64,000 nt of DNA, taken from positions 8,248-72,247 of the forward strand of contig JABDJB010000006.1 of NCBI GenBank assembly GCA_013003425.1. The letters are read 5' to 3'. The DNA comes from Gammaproteobacteria bacterium (GTDB lineage: Bacteria > Pseudomonadota > Gammaproteobacteria > Steroidobacterales > JABDKV01). How positions within the stretch are numbered: position 1 is the stretch's first letter; the number at the start of each line of letters is the position of its first letter. The translations under genes and the position numbers were made by a program. Below are positions 8,495-17,848 of the stretch, piece by piece. Under the pieces are notes generated by a model. It saw nothing but the letters and a program-made list of their open reading frames with translations, had not been told where the DNA came from and made no database searches.

Positions 8495-9088
8495 TTGAAT
8501 CATCCCGATGGCCCGGCGCTGGTGCTGGCGTCTGCCTCGAAGTACCGCCGGATGCTGCTCAACCGCCTCGCTTTGCGGTTCGACAGCATTGCTCCAAATA
8601 TCGACGAATCCCGCCATGGCGGCGAAACGCCCGAGCACCTGGCCACCCGGCTGGCGCGCGAAAAAGCCCGTGCCGTTGCCGCGGCGCATACCGGCACGGT
8701 CGTAATCGGCTCCGACCAGGTTGCCACCCGTGGCGACAACATTCTCGGTAAACCTGGTGACTTTGAAACCGCGCGTACCCAGCTGCTGGAATCATCTGAC
8801 CAGGAAGTAACCTTCTACACTGCGGTCAGCGTGATGGACACCGGTCGCGGCATTAACGAGCACCATACAGATTGCACGCGGGTAGATTTTCGCTCGCTCA
8901 ATGCCGAGGAAATACAGCGTTATCTCGAAGCCGAGCGGCCATTCGATTGTGCGGGCGCGTTCAAGGCCGAGGGTCTCGGCATCAGCCTGTTCTGGCGCAT
9001 CCAGACCGTAGACCCGACAGCGATTATGGGGCTGCCGTTAATCTGGCTTGCATCGGCACTGCGTCGTGCCGGTTACCAGGTTCCCTGA
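8495..9088 (+). CDS. maf: Maf-like nucleoside triphosphate pyrophosphatase (YceF type)
   Basis: 197 aa with a TTG start and an AGGA SD. LVLASASKYRRMLL and GSDQV motifs. Divergent from yceD as in E. coli. Confidence 0.85.
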   Translation: MNHPDGPALVLASASKYRRMLLNRLALRFDSIAPNIDESRHGGETPEHLATRLAREKARAVAAAHTGTVVIGSDQVATRGDNILGKPGDFETARTQLLESSDQEVTFYTAVSVMDTGRGINEHHTDCTRVDFRSLNAEEIQRYLEAERPFDCAGAFKAEGLGISLFWRIQTVDPTAIMGLPLIWLASALRRAGYQVP

Positions 9089-9092
9089 GCCG

Positions 9093-10055
9093 TTAGAGCT
9101 TCAGGCTGTCCAGCACTTCACGCAGGTCATCCGGCAGCGGTGCGCTGACCTGGAAATCTTCACCATTGTGCGGACGCTCGAAGCGCAGCGCGTGGGCGTG
9201 AAGGAACAGCCGGCGTAGTCCGCCTTGGGCAAAGCGCTTGTTGGCGCCGGCATCACCGTAACGCTCGTCCCCCGCTACCGGGTTGCCTATCGATGCAGCG
9301 TGAGCACGTATCTGGTGAGTCCGTCCGGTGCCCAGCAGCACCTCTACCAGCGTCGCATGACGAAAGTTCTGCAACCGCCGGAATTCCGTATGTGCCGGGC
9401 GCCCATCGGCAGCCACTTCGGCAAAACGCTCTCCATTACGCCGTACCACGCGTAACGGCGTGTCAACTACCACCAGGTCTTCCGGCAGGCGGCGCGCCAG
9501 CAGCGCAAGGTATCGTTTTTCCATCGCCCCGTTGCGCAGCAGCTCGTGTAGCGCACGCAGTTCGCTGCGCTTCTTTGCGATCATCAGGCAGCCGCTGGTT
9601 TCACGATCGAGACGGTGTACCAGCTCGAGCGAATGACAATCCGTGCGCAGCTTGCGCAAAGCCTCGATTACGCCATGGCTCAGGCCGCTGCCACCATGCA
9701 CCGCCACACCGGCCGGCTTGTCCATCACCAGCAGACGCTGATCCTCATATATGACCGCGTCGGTGAGACGGCGGCTCAGCGCCGGCGGCAGGGCATCATT
9801 TCCGGGTGTGGCCAGGCGCAATGGCGGAATACGTACCAGGTCACCGGCCTCCAGGCGGTGCCCGGGGCGCACCCGGCCGCGGTTCACCCGCACCTCGCCA
9901 CGCCTCAAAATGCGGTAGATACGGCTGCGCGGCACCCCACGCAGCTCGCGGGCGAGAAAATTATCGACGCGCTGGCCGGCAAAATCCTCGGCCACCGTCA
10001 CCGTGCGGGCCCGCGGGTGCCCGGTTTTACCACCCGAATCGGTCATAGTATTCAA
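9093..10055 (-). CDS. rluC: 23S rRNA pseudouridine synthase RluC
   Basis: 320 aa. S4 domain (QRVDNFLAREL...RGEVRVN), RluA-family HRLDRETSG motif, and divergent from rne. Confidence 0.85.
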   Translation of the reverse strand: MNTMTDSGGKTGHPRARTVTVAEDFAGQRVDNFLARELRGVPRSRIYRILRRGEVRVNRGRVRPGHRLEAGDLVRIPPLRLATPGNDALPPALSRRLTDAVIYEDQRLLVMDKPAGVAVHGGSGLSHGVIEALRKLRTDCHSLELVHRLDRETSGCLMIAKKRSELRALHELLRNGAMEKRYLALLARRLPEDLVVVDTPLRVVRRNGERFAEVAADGRPAHTEFRRLQNFRHATLVEVLLGTGRTHQIRAHAASIGNPVAGDERYGDAGANKRFAQGGLRRLFLHAHALRFERPHNGEDFQVSAPLPDDLREVLDSLKL

Positions 10056-10066
10056 TCATTTATGCA

Positions 10067-10429
10067 TTGCAGCTGCCAAAGTGCCTTTGCTATAGTACCG
10101 CGGTGGCGCTGCTAGCCGGCACCTTTTGGGTGCCCCCGTCACATGCTTGAGATAGAACGCCGCGACCGGACCGGTAGCTATACGCCGCGGTCGCATGAAT
10201 TGAAACACGTCCTTGCAGGACGAATCAGGGCTGTTCTGTTCCGGATTTTTCGCTGTGCTGGATGCTGTCATAACGACGGCCTTGCGGCACAGGACAGAGT
10301 TGAGGATTTTCCTCCCAACCGCATATGAATAAAGCGGATCGATTTGGTCGAGTAAACCTTCGCCTCCAGGCCGCTCCCGGCGGCTGATCCTGGACTACAG
10401 CCCCTTTGAAAATTTAAGGAAGGGGCAGC
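10067..10429 (+). promoter_or_regulatory. putative rne promoter (TTGCAG-N18-TATAGT) and long structured 5' leader
   Basis: -35 at 10067-10072 and -10 at 10091-10096. The ~330-nt leader has hairpins, for example CGTCC-TTGCA-GGACG near 10210. E. coli rne has an analogous autoregulatory leader. Confidence 0.4.
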
Positions 10430-12775
10430 ATGAAAAGAATGCTGGTCAACGCGGTTCAGCCCGAAGAACTGCGCGTTGCAATGGTCGATGGCCAGAAACT
10501 GTACGACCTCGATATCGAGGTTCCGTCACGCAGCCAGAAAAAGGCCAACATCTATAAAGGGAAGATTACCCGGATCGAGCCCAGCCTGGAGGCTGCGTTC
10601 GTCGATTTCGGCGTCGAACGACACGGCTTCCTGCCGCTGAAAGAGATATCCCGCAGCTATTTTCGCCAGACTCCTGATGCCGGCAATCGCGTCAACATCA
10701 GGGACGTACTCAGCGAAGGACAAGAGCTGATCGTACAGGTCGACAAGGAAGAGCGTGGCAACAAAGGCGCTGCACTCACAACCTTTATCAGCCTGGCAGG
10801 CCGTTTTATCGTGCTGATGCCAAACAACCCCCGCGCCGGTGGCGTTTCCCGCCGGATCGCCGGTGACGAACGCAACGAGCTGCGCGAGGTCATCTCACAG
10901 CTCGACGTGCCTGAGGGCATGGGGCTCATCGTACGTACCGCCGGCGTCGGCCGCAGCATCGACGAACTGGGCTGGGACCTCGAATACCTGTTGACTATCT
11001 GGAAGGCAATCCAGGACACCACCGACCGCCCCGCTCCATTCCTGGTCTACCAGGAGAGCAACGCAATAATCCGGGCGATACGCGATCACCTGGACAAGGA
11101 TATCGGCGAGATACTGGTTGATGACAAGACCGTCTTTGAAGAGGCGCGCGGCTTCATGCAGACGGTGATGTCGCACAACATCAACAAGCTGAAACTGTAC
11201 GAAGACCCGGTTCCGCTGTTTACCCGGTACCAGATCGAGAGCCAGATCGAATCGGCGTTTTCGCACACGGTACGCCTGCCGTCCGGCGGCAGTATCGTCA
11301 TCGATCCGACCGAGGCGCTGGTATCAATCGATATCAACTCTGCCCGTGCAACAAAGGGCGGTGACATCGAGCAGACGGCAACCCAGACAAACCTCGAGGC
11401 TGCCGACGAGATAGCCCGACAATTACGACTGCGGGATATCGGCGGCCTGATCGTTATCGATTTCATCGATATGTCACAAAACCGCAACCAGCGCGACGTG
11501 GAAAACCGGCTGCGCGATGCCGTCAAGCAGGACCGGGCACGGGTGCAGATCGGGCGAATTTCACGCTTTGGCCTGCTGGAGATGTCACGCCAGCGGCTGC
11601 GGCCATCGCTGGGTGAATCCAGCGCCATTGTCTGCCCGCGCTGCAACGGTCATGGCACCGTACGTGATGTCGAATCACTTTCGCTGGCAATTCTGCGCCT
11701 GATCGGCGAAGAAACCCGCAAGGAACGAACCGCGCGCGTCATCGCGCAATTACCGGTAGACGTCAGTACTTACCTGCTTAACGAAAAGCGCGATTGGGTA
11801 AACACCATAGAGCAGCGCAGCGACATTCAGGTCGTAATCGTACCAACACCGGAACTGGAAACACCCAACTACACCATTCGCCGCGTACGCGACGACGAAG
11901 TACGGCTGCCGGAGAACGCTGCGGCAAGCTATCGCATGCCGTCGCTGGAAGAGGAATCGGCTGATGCCGCCGGTGCCAAACGCGAAAGGCCGCCGGAACA
12001 GCCGGCAGTGAAAGTCGTGGTGCCTGAATCGCCGGCGCCCGCACCGGTGCCCGTACCGCAAGCGGCCGCGGCAGCACCGGCCGGTCCGGCCAAGCCAGGA
12101 ATATTCGTGCGCATGTGGCGCGCGCTGTTCGGTGCCGGCGAGGAACCCGCGCCAACAGCGCCCAAGCCGCGTCGCAGCAGCCAGCAACAGCAACAACAGC
12201 AACGTCGGCGCCGCCCGCGTGGTGGTCGTGGTCGGCAGCAGAACCAGCGGCAGGCGCATGATGGCGACCAGCGCCGCAAGACGCAGCGCAAGAAATCCGG
12301 CGGGCAGAAGCGCCAGTCGGGCCAGCAGCCCAGGCAACAGGATCAGGGCGCGGAATCAAAACAATCTGATCAAAAGCAGGAACAACAGCAGGGCCAGGGC
12401 CAGGGTCAGAATCAAGGCAAAACCGACGGCCGGCGTTCACGAGGTCGTCGCAGGCGCGGCGGCCGGCGTTCCGGCAATCGCAACCGGCGTCCTCAGGGTG
12501 ACGCACAGTCTACGGCGGGCGATCGCGGTAACGGCCAGCAGCAGCAGTCGCAGCCAGCGGCCGAAAAACAACAGCCCACTGCAGACAAGCCGAAACAGCC
12601 AGCAGCAGACAAACCGAAGCAGCCGGATGCGGACAAACCGAAGCAGACAACTGCAGAGAAGCCAAAACAGGAAGCCGGGAGTTCTTCGAACCAGCCGGCA
12701 ACTCAACAGGACGGCGGCAGTTACACGGTATGGTCATCCGCACCGGATCGGCCCGGGCCACGGCGCGACGAGTGA
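10430..12775 (+). CDS. rne: ribonuclease E
   Basis: 781 aa. S1 and catalytic N-terminal half ([17 protein letters not shown]...), Zn-link [11 protein letters not shown]-like helix [12 protein letters not shown], and an R/Q-rich disordered C-terminal half. Confidence 0.95.
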   Translation: MKRMLVNAVQPEELRVAMVDGQKLYDLDIEVPSRSQKKANIYKGKITRIEPSLEAAFVDFGVERHGFLPLKEISRSYFRQTPDAGNRVNIRDVLSEGQELIVQVDKEERGNKGAALTTFISLAGRFIVLMPNNPRAGGVSRRIAGDERNELREVISQLDVPEGMGLIVRTAGVGRSIDELGWDLEYLLTIWKAIQDTTDRPAPFLVYQESNAIIRAIRDHLDKDIGEILVDDKTVFEEARGFMQTVMSHNINKLKLYEDPVPLFTRYQIESQIESAFSHTVRLPSGGSIVIDPTEALVSIDINSARATKGGDIEQTATQTNLEAADEIARQLRLRDIGGLIVIDFIDMSQNRNQRDVENRLRDAVKQDRARVQIGRISRFGLLEMSRQRLRPSLGESSAIVCPRCNGHGTVRDVESLSLAILRLIGEETRKERTARVIAQLPVDVSTYLLNEKRDWVNTIEQRSDIQVVIVPTPELETPNYTIRRVRDDEVRLPENAAASYRMPSLEEESADAAGAKRERPPEQPAVKVVVPESPAPAPVPVPQAAAAAPAGPAKPGIFVRMWRALFGAGEEPAPTAPKPRRSSQQQQQQQRRRRPRGGRGRQQNQRQAHDGDQRRKTQRKKSGGQKRQSGQQPRQQDQGAESKQSDQKQEQQQGQGQGQNQGKTDGRRSRGRRRRGGRRSGNRNRRPQGDAQSTAGDRGNGQQQQSQPAAEKQQPTADKPKQPAADKPKQPDADKPKQTTAEKPKQEAGSSSNQPATQQDGGSYTVWSSAPDRPGPRRDE
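12581..12676 (+). repeat. four tandem 24-nt coding repeats inside rne (ADKPKQPA / ADKPKQPD / ADKPKQTT / AEKPKQEA)
   Basis: Read directly from the sequence; units start at 12581, 12605, 12629 and 12653. Confidence 0.85.
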
Positions 12776-12776
12776 G

Positions 12777-13238
12777 TCAGAGCCTGCGGTGGATGTCTTT
12801 CAGCAACCCGCGGGCGCCGCGCTCAATCAGGTCGAGAGCATGCTCGAAGCCGCGTTGTCCGCCGTAGTACGGGTCGGGCACGTCGGCGTCGCGCTGACCG
12901 GCGTATTTCATAAACAGGGATAAGCGACCCGCACTCTTGCGGTAACGATGTGACAGTAACGAATAGTTGTTGCGGTCCATGGCAACAACAATATCGTAGT
13001 CATCGAAGTCCGTATCACTAACCTTGCGCGCCCGCAGGATGCTTATATCGATGCCGCGTCGTTGTGCCGCAGCCACAGCGCGCGGGTCGGGCGGATCGCC
13101 AGCATGGTAACCATGGGTGCCGGCCGAATCGACTTCGATATCGAGCTGGCCCTCTTCCTCGACCAGCTTGCGAAATACGCCCTCGGCCATCGGCGAGCGA
13201 CAGATATTTCCCATGCACACGAACAGCACGCGTGTCAT
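12777..13238 (-). CDS. low-molecular-weight protein-tyrosine phosphatase
   Basis: 153 aa with P-loop VCMGNICRSP (CX5R-S). Overlaps the kdsB stop by 4 nt. Confidence 0.9.
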   Translation of the reverse strand: MTRVLFVCMGNICRSPMAEGVFRKLVEEEGQLDIEVDSAGTHGYHAGDPPDPRAVAAAQRRGIDISILRARKVSDTDFDDYDIVVAMDRNNYSLLSHRYRKSAGRLSLFMKYAGQRDADVPDPYYGGQRGFEHALDLIERGARGLLKDIHRRL

Positions 13239-13975
13239 GACTTGCCCTCCATCATCGCTTCTACTCTCGCCAGGTCTTCTGCAGTGTCAACACCTGGCCC
13301 CGGCGGCGCCGCGGCCAGTGCAACATCGATGCGCATGCCGGCCCACAGAGCCCGCAGCTGCTCCAGCCGTTCGGTAAGTTCAAGCTGGCACGGCGGCATC
13401 TCACACAGCTTTTTTAACCCATCGACGCGATAGGCGTAAAGCCCGATGTGACGCAGCATGCCAGCCGGCTCATCCGGCGCATCACGGTGGAACGGTACCG
13501 GCGCGCGGCTGAAGTACAGCGCCCGACCGGACTGCGCCATCACGACTTTCACCACATTCGGATCGCGAAAGTCATCGTCACCGGTGAGTGGCACCGCCAG
13601 TGTTGCAATATCAGCCCCGCCAGCCAGCAGGCCGGCAACCTGATCGATCAGCTGCGGTGGCAGCAACGGCTCGTCGCACTGCACGTTGACCACAACAGTG
13701 TCCGGCCCCCAGTCGCGGCTGACCGCGACCTCTGTTATGCGGTCAGTGCCGGACGGGTGATCGGCTGCCGTCATGATCACGGCCGCCCCGAGCTGCGTCG
13801 CGATATCCCTTATACGCTCGTCGTCGGTTGCCACGATGACTTCGTCAGCAGCGCTGGCAGTGGCAATCCGCCAGACGTGCTCGAGCATGGTGCGCCCGCA
13901 CAGCTGCCGCAGCGCCTTGCCTGGCAGACGGCTCGAAGCAAAACGCGCGGGTATGACTACCTTGAATGCCATCAA
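13235..13975 (-). CDS. kdsB: 3-deoxy-manno-octulosonate cytidylyltransferase
   Basis: 246 aa, VIPARFASSRLPGKAL N-terminus. Confidence 0.9.
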   Translation of the reverse strand: MMAFKVVIPARFASSRLPGKALRQLCGRTMLEHVWRIATASAADEVIVATDDERIRDIATQLGAAVIMTAADHPSGTDRITEVAVSRDWGPDTVVVNVQCDEPLLPPQLIDQVAGLLAGGADIATLAVPLTGDDDFRDPNVVKVVMAQSGRALYFSRAPVPFHRDAPDEPAGMLRHIGLYAYRVDGLKKLCEMPPCQLELTERLEQLRALWAGMRIDVALAAAPPGPGVDTAEDLARVEAMMEGKS

Positions 13976-13977
13976 TC

Positions 13978-14973
13978 TCAGCCCAGCTGCAGCCCGGTTG
14001 CGGCTGACACGCGACGCCGCAGCTCTGCCGCATCGTCCAGCACCGCGTCGACCTTAAGGAAATACATCCCTGCAGTCGCAAAGTCATTGCACTTGACTGC
14101 GTCTTTTTCCGTCATTACCACGGGCAGCTCGTCACCAAAGTCAAAATCACTGTGCCGGTATACAGCGTGATCCGCAAATTCGTGACGCACCGGCTTCAGC
14201 CCGGCAGCCTCCAGTAGCGCGAAGAAACGCGCCGGGTTGCCGATGCCGGCTACCGCATGCACCCGCTGGCCACTGAATTCCGCCAACGGTCTGCTGTTGC
14301 CGTCGCCAATGCTCACCACGCGATCTCCGACAACGTGCATCCGCAGGCAGTCAGGCCAGTCACCTCCGGCGCCGTTTACCACCACGGCATCGACCGTTCC
14401 GAGGCGATCAGTTGATTCACGCAGTGGCCCGGCCGGGATGAAGCGACCATTACCAAAGCCGCGGCTGGCATCGACAACGACAATTTCGCAGTCGCGCGCC
14501 AGCCGATAGTGCTGTAACCCGTCATCACAGACAATAACGTCGACACCTGCAGCCGCGAGTTGTGCTGCGCCCGCCGCGCGATCGGGAGCAGCAACAACCA
14601 TCGCGCCGGTGCGGCGTGCGATCAGGACCGCTTCGTCTCCAGCCAGCGCAGGATCGGTATTTGCTTCGACCTGCAGCGGCCATCGCGATGACTTGCCGCC
14701 ATATCCACGCAGCAGAACGCCAGCGCGCACACCGGCTGCGGCAAACTGCTCAGCCAGCCAGATGACAAGGGGTGTCTTGCCGGTGCCCCCGGCTGTGATA
14801 TTGCCAACCACCACCACCGGCGCGGTCGGGTGTTTGCTGGCGAGGACGCCGCGACGATACAACGCGCTACGCGTTGCGCTCACCGCATGAAACAACGCCC
14901 CCAGCGGCGCGAGCCACCAGCCAGATCTGTTACCGCCATACCAGGTGTCGAGCAGCTTGTGCTCGAGGCTCAC
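13978..14973 (-). CDS. lpxK: tetraacyldisaccharide 4'-kinase
   Basis: 331 aa. Walker A VGNITAGGTGKTP and the msbA-lpxK-kdsB order. Confidence 0.9.
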   Translation of the reverse strand: MSLEHKLLDTWYGGNRSGWWLAPLGALFHAVSATRSALYRRGVLASKHPTAPVVVVGNITAGGTGKTPLVIWLAEQFAAAGVRAGVLLRGYGGKSSRWPLQVEANTDPALAGDEAVLIARRTGAMVVAAPDRAAGAAQLAAAGVDVIVCDDGLQHYRLARDCEIVVVDASRGFGNGRFIPAGPLRESTDRLGTVDAVVVNGAGGDWPDCLRMHVVGDRVVSIGDGNSRPLAEFSGQRVHAVAGIGNPARFFALLEAAGLKPVRHEFADHAVYRHSDFDFGDELPVVMTEKDAVKCNDFATAGMYFLKVDAVLDDAAELRRRVSAATGLQLG

Positions 14974-16727
14974 TCTATCGGCTCTTCGTCGAACTGCATC
15001 CGGTAAAGGGAGGCGTAGTGTCCGCCCCGCTCGATCAGGCTGGCATGTGTGCCCGTCTCGACTATACGACCACTGTCGAGCACGACGATAAGGTCTGCGT
15101 TTTCCACCGTCGACAGCCGATGCGCAATAACCAGAGTCGTGCGGTGCTGCATCAGTGCATCCAGCGCCTGACGGATGTGGCGCTCGGACTCGCTATCGAG
15201 CGCCGATGTTGCCTCATCGAGAATCAGCACCGGCGCATCCTTGAGCAGTGCGCGTGCAATGGCAACACGCTGGCGCTGGCCACCTGAAAGCAGCACGCCG
15301 CGATCGCCGACCAGGGTGTCCAGCCCGTCCGGCAGCGTGTCAGTAAACTCCGTTACGTGGGCAGCTTTTGCGGCAGCGGCGATCGCCGCCTCATCAGCAC
15401 GCTCCATTGTGCCGTAGGCAATGTTACGGGCAATGGTCTCGTTGAACAGGGTTACATCCTGGCTGACCAGTGCAATCTGCCGGCGCAGGTCCGCCAGGCG
15501 ATACTCCCTGATATCGTGCCCGTCTATGAGAATACGGCCGCCAGTGACATCGTAAAAACGTGGCAGGAGGTTTATCAGCGTACTCTTGCCGCTGCCGGAG
15601 CGTCCGACAAACGCGACGGTCTGGCCTGCCGCCACCGCAAGATCAATACCGGAAAGCACATCACCCTTTGCTGCGTCGTAACTGAACTGCACGCCCTCGA
15701 ATGCCATGTCGCCGCGCGCCCGATCCAGCCTCCGCTCGCCACCAGCCGGCTCGCTCGAGGTGTCCAGGATTTCAAAAATACTCTTGCCCGCGGCGATGCC
15801 ACGCTGCAGGTTTGCGTTGACGTTTGTCAGCCGCTTGAGCGGCCCCATCAGCATCAGCATGGCGGTAAAAAATGAAATAAACGTGCCCACGGTAAGCTGT
15901 TCGAGCATTTCGGGCCGTGTTGCCAGGAAAACGATTCCGGCCATGCCAAACGCGGCAATAAGCTGGATGACCGGGATACTGATCGCCCGTACTGCCACCA
16001 TGCGCATGAACAACCGGCGGTTCTTCTCATTGACCCGCTCGAACTGGCGCCGCTCGTATTCCTGGCCATTGAAAACCTTGACGACACGATGACTCGACAG
16101 GACTTCTTCGGCCACACGCGTCACGTCACCCATCGAGTCCTGGATACGCAGGCTGTAACGGCGAAACCGTGCGCTGACGATACGCATGAGCCAGCCGATC
16201 ATAGGTCCGACCAGAAAAATGAACAATGCCAGCTGCACATTGAGATAGAACATCCAGATCACCAGGCCAATGATCGTCAACGTGTCGCGAATGATCACTG
16301 TTATTGTATTGGTCGTGCTTTCTGCAACCTGCTCGATGTTATAGGTAAGCTTGGACAGCAAGACACCGGTCGAGCTCTGATCGTGCACGGCAGTGGGTAA
16401 TAACAGGAATTTTTCGAATACCTCGCCGCGCAGCTTCTTTATTACATGGCGGCCGACGTAGTTCAGACAATAGTTCGCCACGAAACCGGCAAGACCACGT
16501 GCCAGGAACAGCGCGACCATCAGCACCGGAATTATGCGTATGGTGTCGGGGTCTTTCTCGATGAAACTGCCATCGAGCAGCGGCCGCATCAGGGCAGCAA
16601 AACCGGTATCGGTCGCAGCGTAGACGACCATTGCGGCGATCGCAGCACTGTACAGCGGCCAATAGGGTTTGGCATAACCAAGCAGGCGCCGGTAGACCAC
16701 GCCGGTATCAGTCTGCATTTCAGACAT
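14970..16727 (-). CDS. msbA: lipid A export ABC transporter permease/ATPase MsbA
   Basis: Walker A GRSGSGKST, signature LSGGQRQR and a six-TM N-terminal half. I chose the ATG at 16727, 1 nt after the exbD TGA, which gives 585 aa. The track ORF start at 16784 would overlap exbD. Confidence 0.9.
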   Translation of the reverse strand: MSEMQTDTGVVYRRLLGYAKPYWPLYSAAIAAMVVYAATDTGFAALMRPLLDGSFIEKDPDTIRIIPVLMVALFLARGLAGFVANYCLNYVGRHVIKKLRGEVFEKFLLLPTAVHDQSSTGVLLSKLTYNIEQVAESTTNTITVIIRDTLTIIGLVIWMFYLNVQLALFIFLVGPMIGWLMRIVSARFRRYSLRIQDSMGDVTRVAEEVLSSHRVVKVFNGQEYERRQFERVNEKNRRLFMRMVAVRAISIPVIQLIAAFGMAGIVFLATRPEMLEQLTVGTFISFFTAMLMLMGPLKRLTNVNANLQRGIAAGKSIFEILDTSSEPAGGERRLDRARGDMAFEGVQFSYDAAKGDVLSGIDLAVAAGQTVAFVGRSGSGKSTLINLLPRFYDVTGGRILIDGHDIREYRLADLRRQIALVSQDVTLFNETIARNIAYGTMERADEAAIAAAAKAAHVTEFTDTLPDGLDTLVGDRGVLLSGGQRQRVAIARALLKDAPVLILDEATSALDSESERHIRQALDALMQHRTTLVIAHRLSTVENADLIVVLDSGRIVETGTHASLIERGGHYASLYRMQFDEEPIE

Positions 16728-16728
16728 G

Positions 16729-17166
16729 TCAGTTAGCCTGGTTGCCCGGCCCTTCATTGACCGTGGCAATATTGATACGGACAAAACCCAGCCGGCCTGC
16801 TACATCCATTGCAGTGACTACCGATTGATGAGTTGCGCGGGCGTCGGCCCGGATAGTAACCGGGCGGTCGCGATCGTCACCATACATGCGGATGATTGCG
16901 CGCCTCAGGGTTCCGGGCCGGTTGTTGATCAGCTCCTGCTGGTTCAGCAGGTAACCTCCCTCGGCCGTGACGGTGATTTCCATTCCTTCTACCGTCGCCT
17001 GCTCCGGAGCTGCAGCCTCGCGCGTTTGCGGCAAAGTGATCTTTAGTTCTGATTCGCGCACAAAGCTGGTGGACACCATAAAAAACACCAGCAGCAGTAA
17101 CACCACGTCAATCAGCGAGGTCAGATTTACCTCCGGCTCCTCAGCCTGGCGTGCCCGCAGGTTCAC
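16729..17166 (-). CDS. exbD: ExbD/TolR family biopolymer transport protein
   Basis: 145 aa. N-terminal EVNLTSLIDVVLLLLVFFMV single TM is typical of ExbD/TolR. Confidence 0.85.
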   Translation of the reverse strand: MNLRARQAEEPEVNLTSLIDVVLLLLVFFMVSTSFVRESELKITLPQTREAAAPEQATVEGMEITVTAEGGYLLNQQELINNRPGTLRRAIIRMYGDDRDRPVTIRADARATHQSVVTAMDVAGRLGFVRINIATVNEGPGNQAN

Positions 17167-17792
17167 GCACCGCGCTCCGCCGCGCGCCGATCGCCGCCAT
17201 GCAGGGCCTCGACCAGTTTTATTGCCTCCTGCTCCATCTGCACCACGAGCGAATCTACCCGTCCGCGCAGATAGCGGTAACCCATCAATGCCGGAATAGC
17301 GACGGACAACCCGGCAGCGGTAGTAATCAGCGCCTCCGAGATGCCACCAGCAAGCACGGTCGGGTTACCCACGCCATGCGCCTGGATGGCGCCAAACACC
17401 TTTACCATGCCGATGACGGTGCCAAGCAACCCCAGCAAGGGCGAAATGGCGGCAATGGTGCCGAGGGGATTGAGGAAACGTTCCAGTTCGTGCACGACAT
17501 GACGGCCGGTATCCTCGATACTCTCTTTCATCACGTCGCGATTTGCATCGCGAGCACCCAGCCCGGCAGCGAGAATCCGGCCCAGCGGTGAACTATCACG
17601 CAGGGCATGGATATGGCGATCGTCGAGCTGTTCCTTTTCGACCCAGTACCACACTTTGGCAGCAAGGTCCGTGGGCAGCACGCGTTTGCGCCGCAGCGTC
17701 CACAGGCGCTCCACGATTATTGCTCCAGCCACTATTGAACAGAGCACCAGTGGCAGCATCAGCCAGCCACCCGCTCTGACTATCTCGAACAT
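17163..17792 (-). CDS. exbB: MotA/TolQ/ExbB family proton channel protein
   Basis: I chose the internal ATG at 17792 (MFEIVRAGGWLMLPLVL...), which has a GAGGGG SD upstream and gives 209 aa. The longer track ORF adds a Cys/Arg-rich, non-protein-like extension. Confidence 0.85.
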   Translation of the reverse strand: MFEIVRAGGWLMLPLVLCSIVAGAIIVERLWTLRRKRVLPTDLAAKVWYWVEKEQLDDRHIHALRDSSPLGRILAAGLGARDANRDVMKESIEDTGRHVVHELERFLNPLGTIAAISPLLGLLGTVIGMVKVFGAIQAHGVGNPTVLAGGISEALITTAAGLSVAIPALMGYRYLRGRVDSLVVQMEQEAIKLVEALHGGDRRAAERGA

Positions 17793-17848
17793 ACGACCCC
17801 TCTGCCAGAATGACGGTATGAAACCCCTCGAGGCGGGCCCATAGTACT

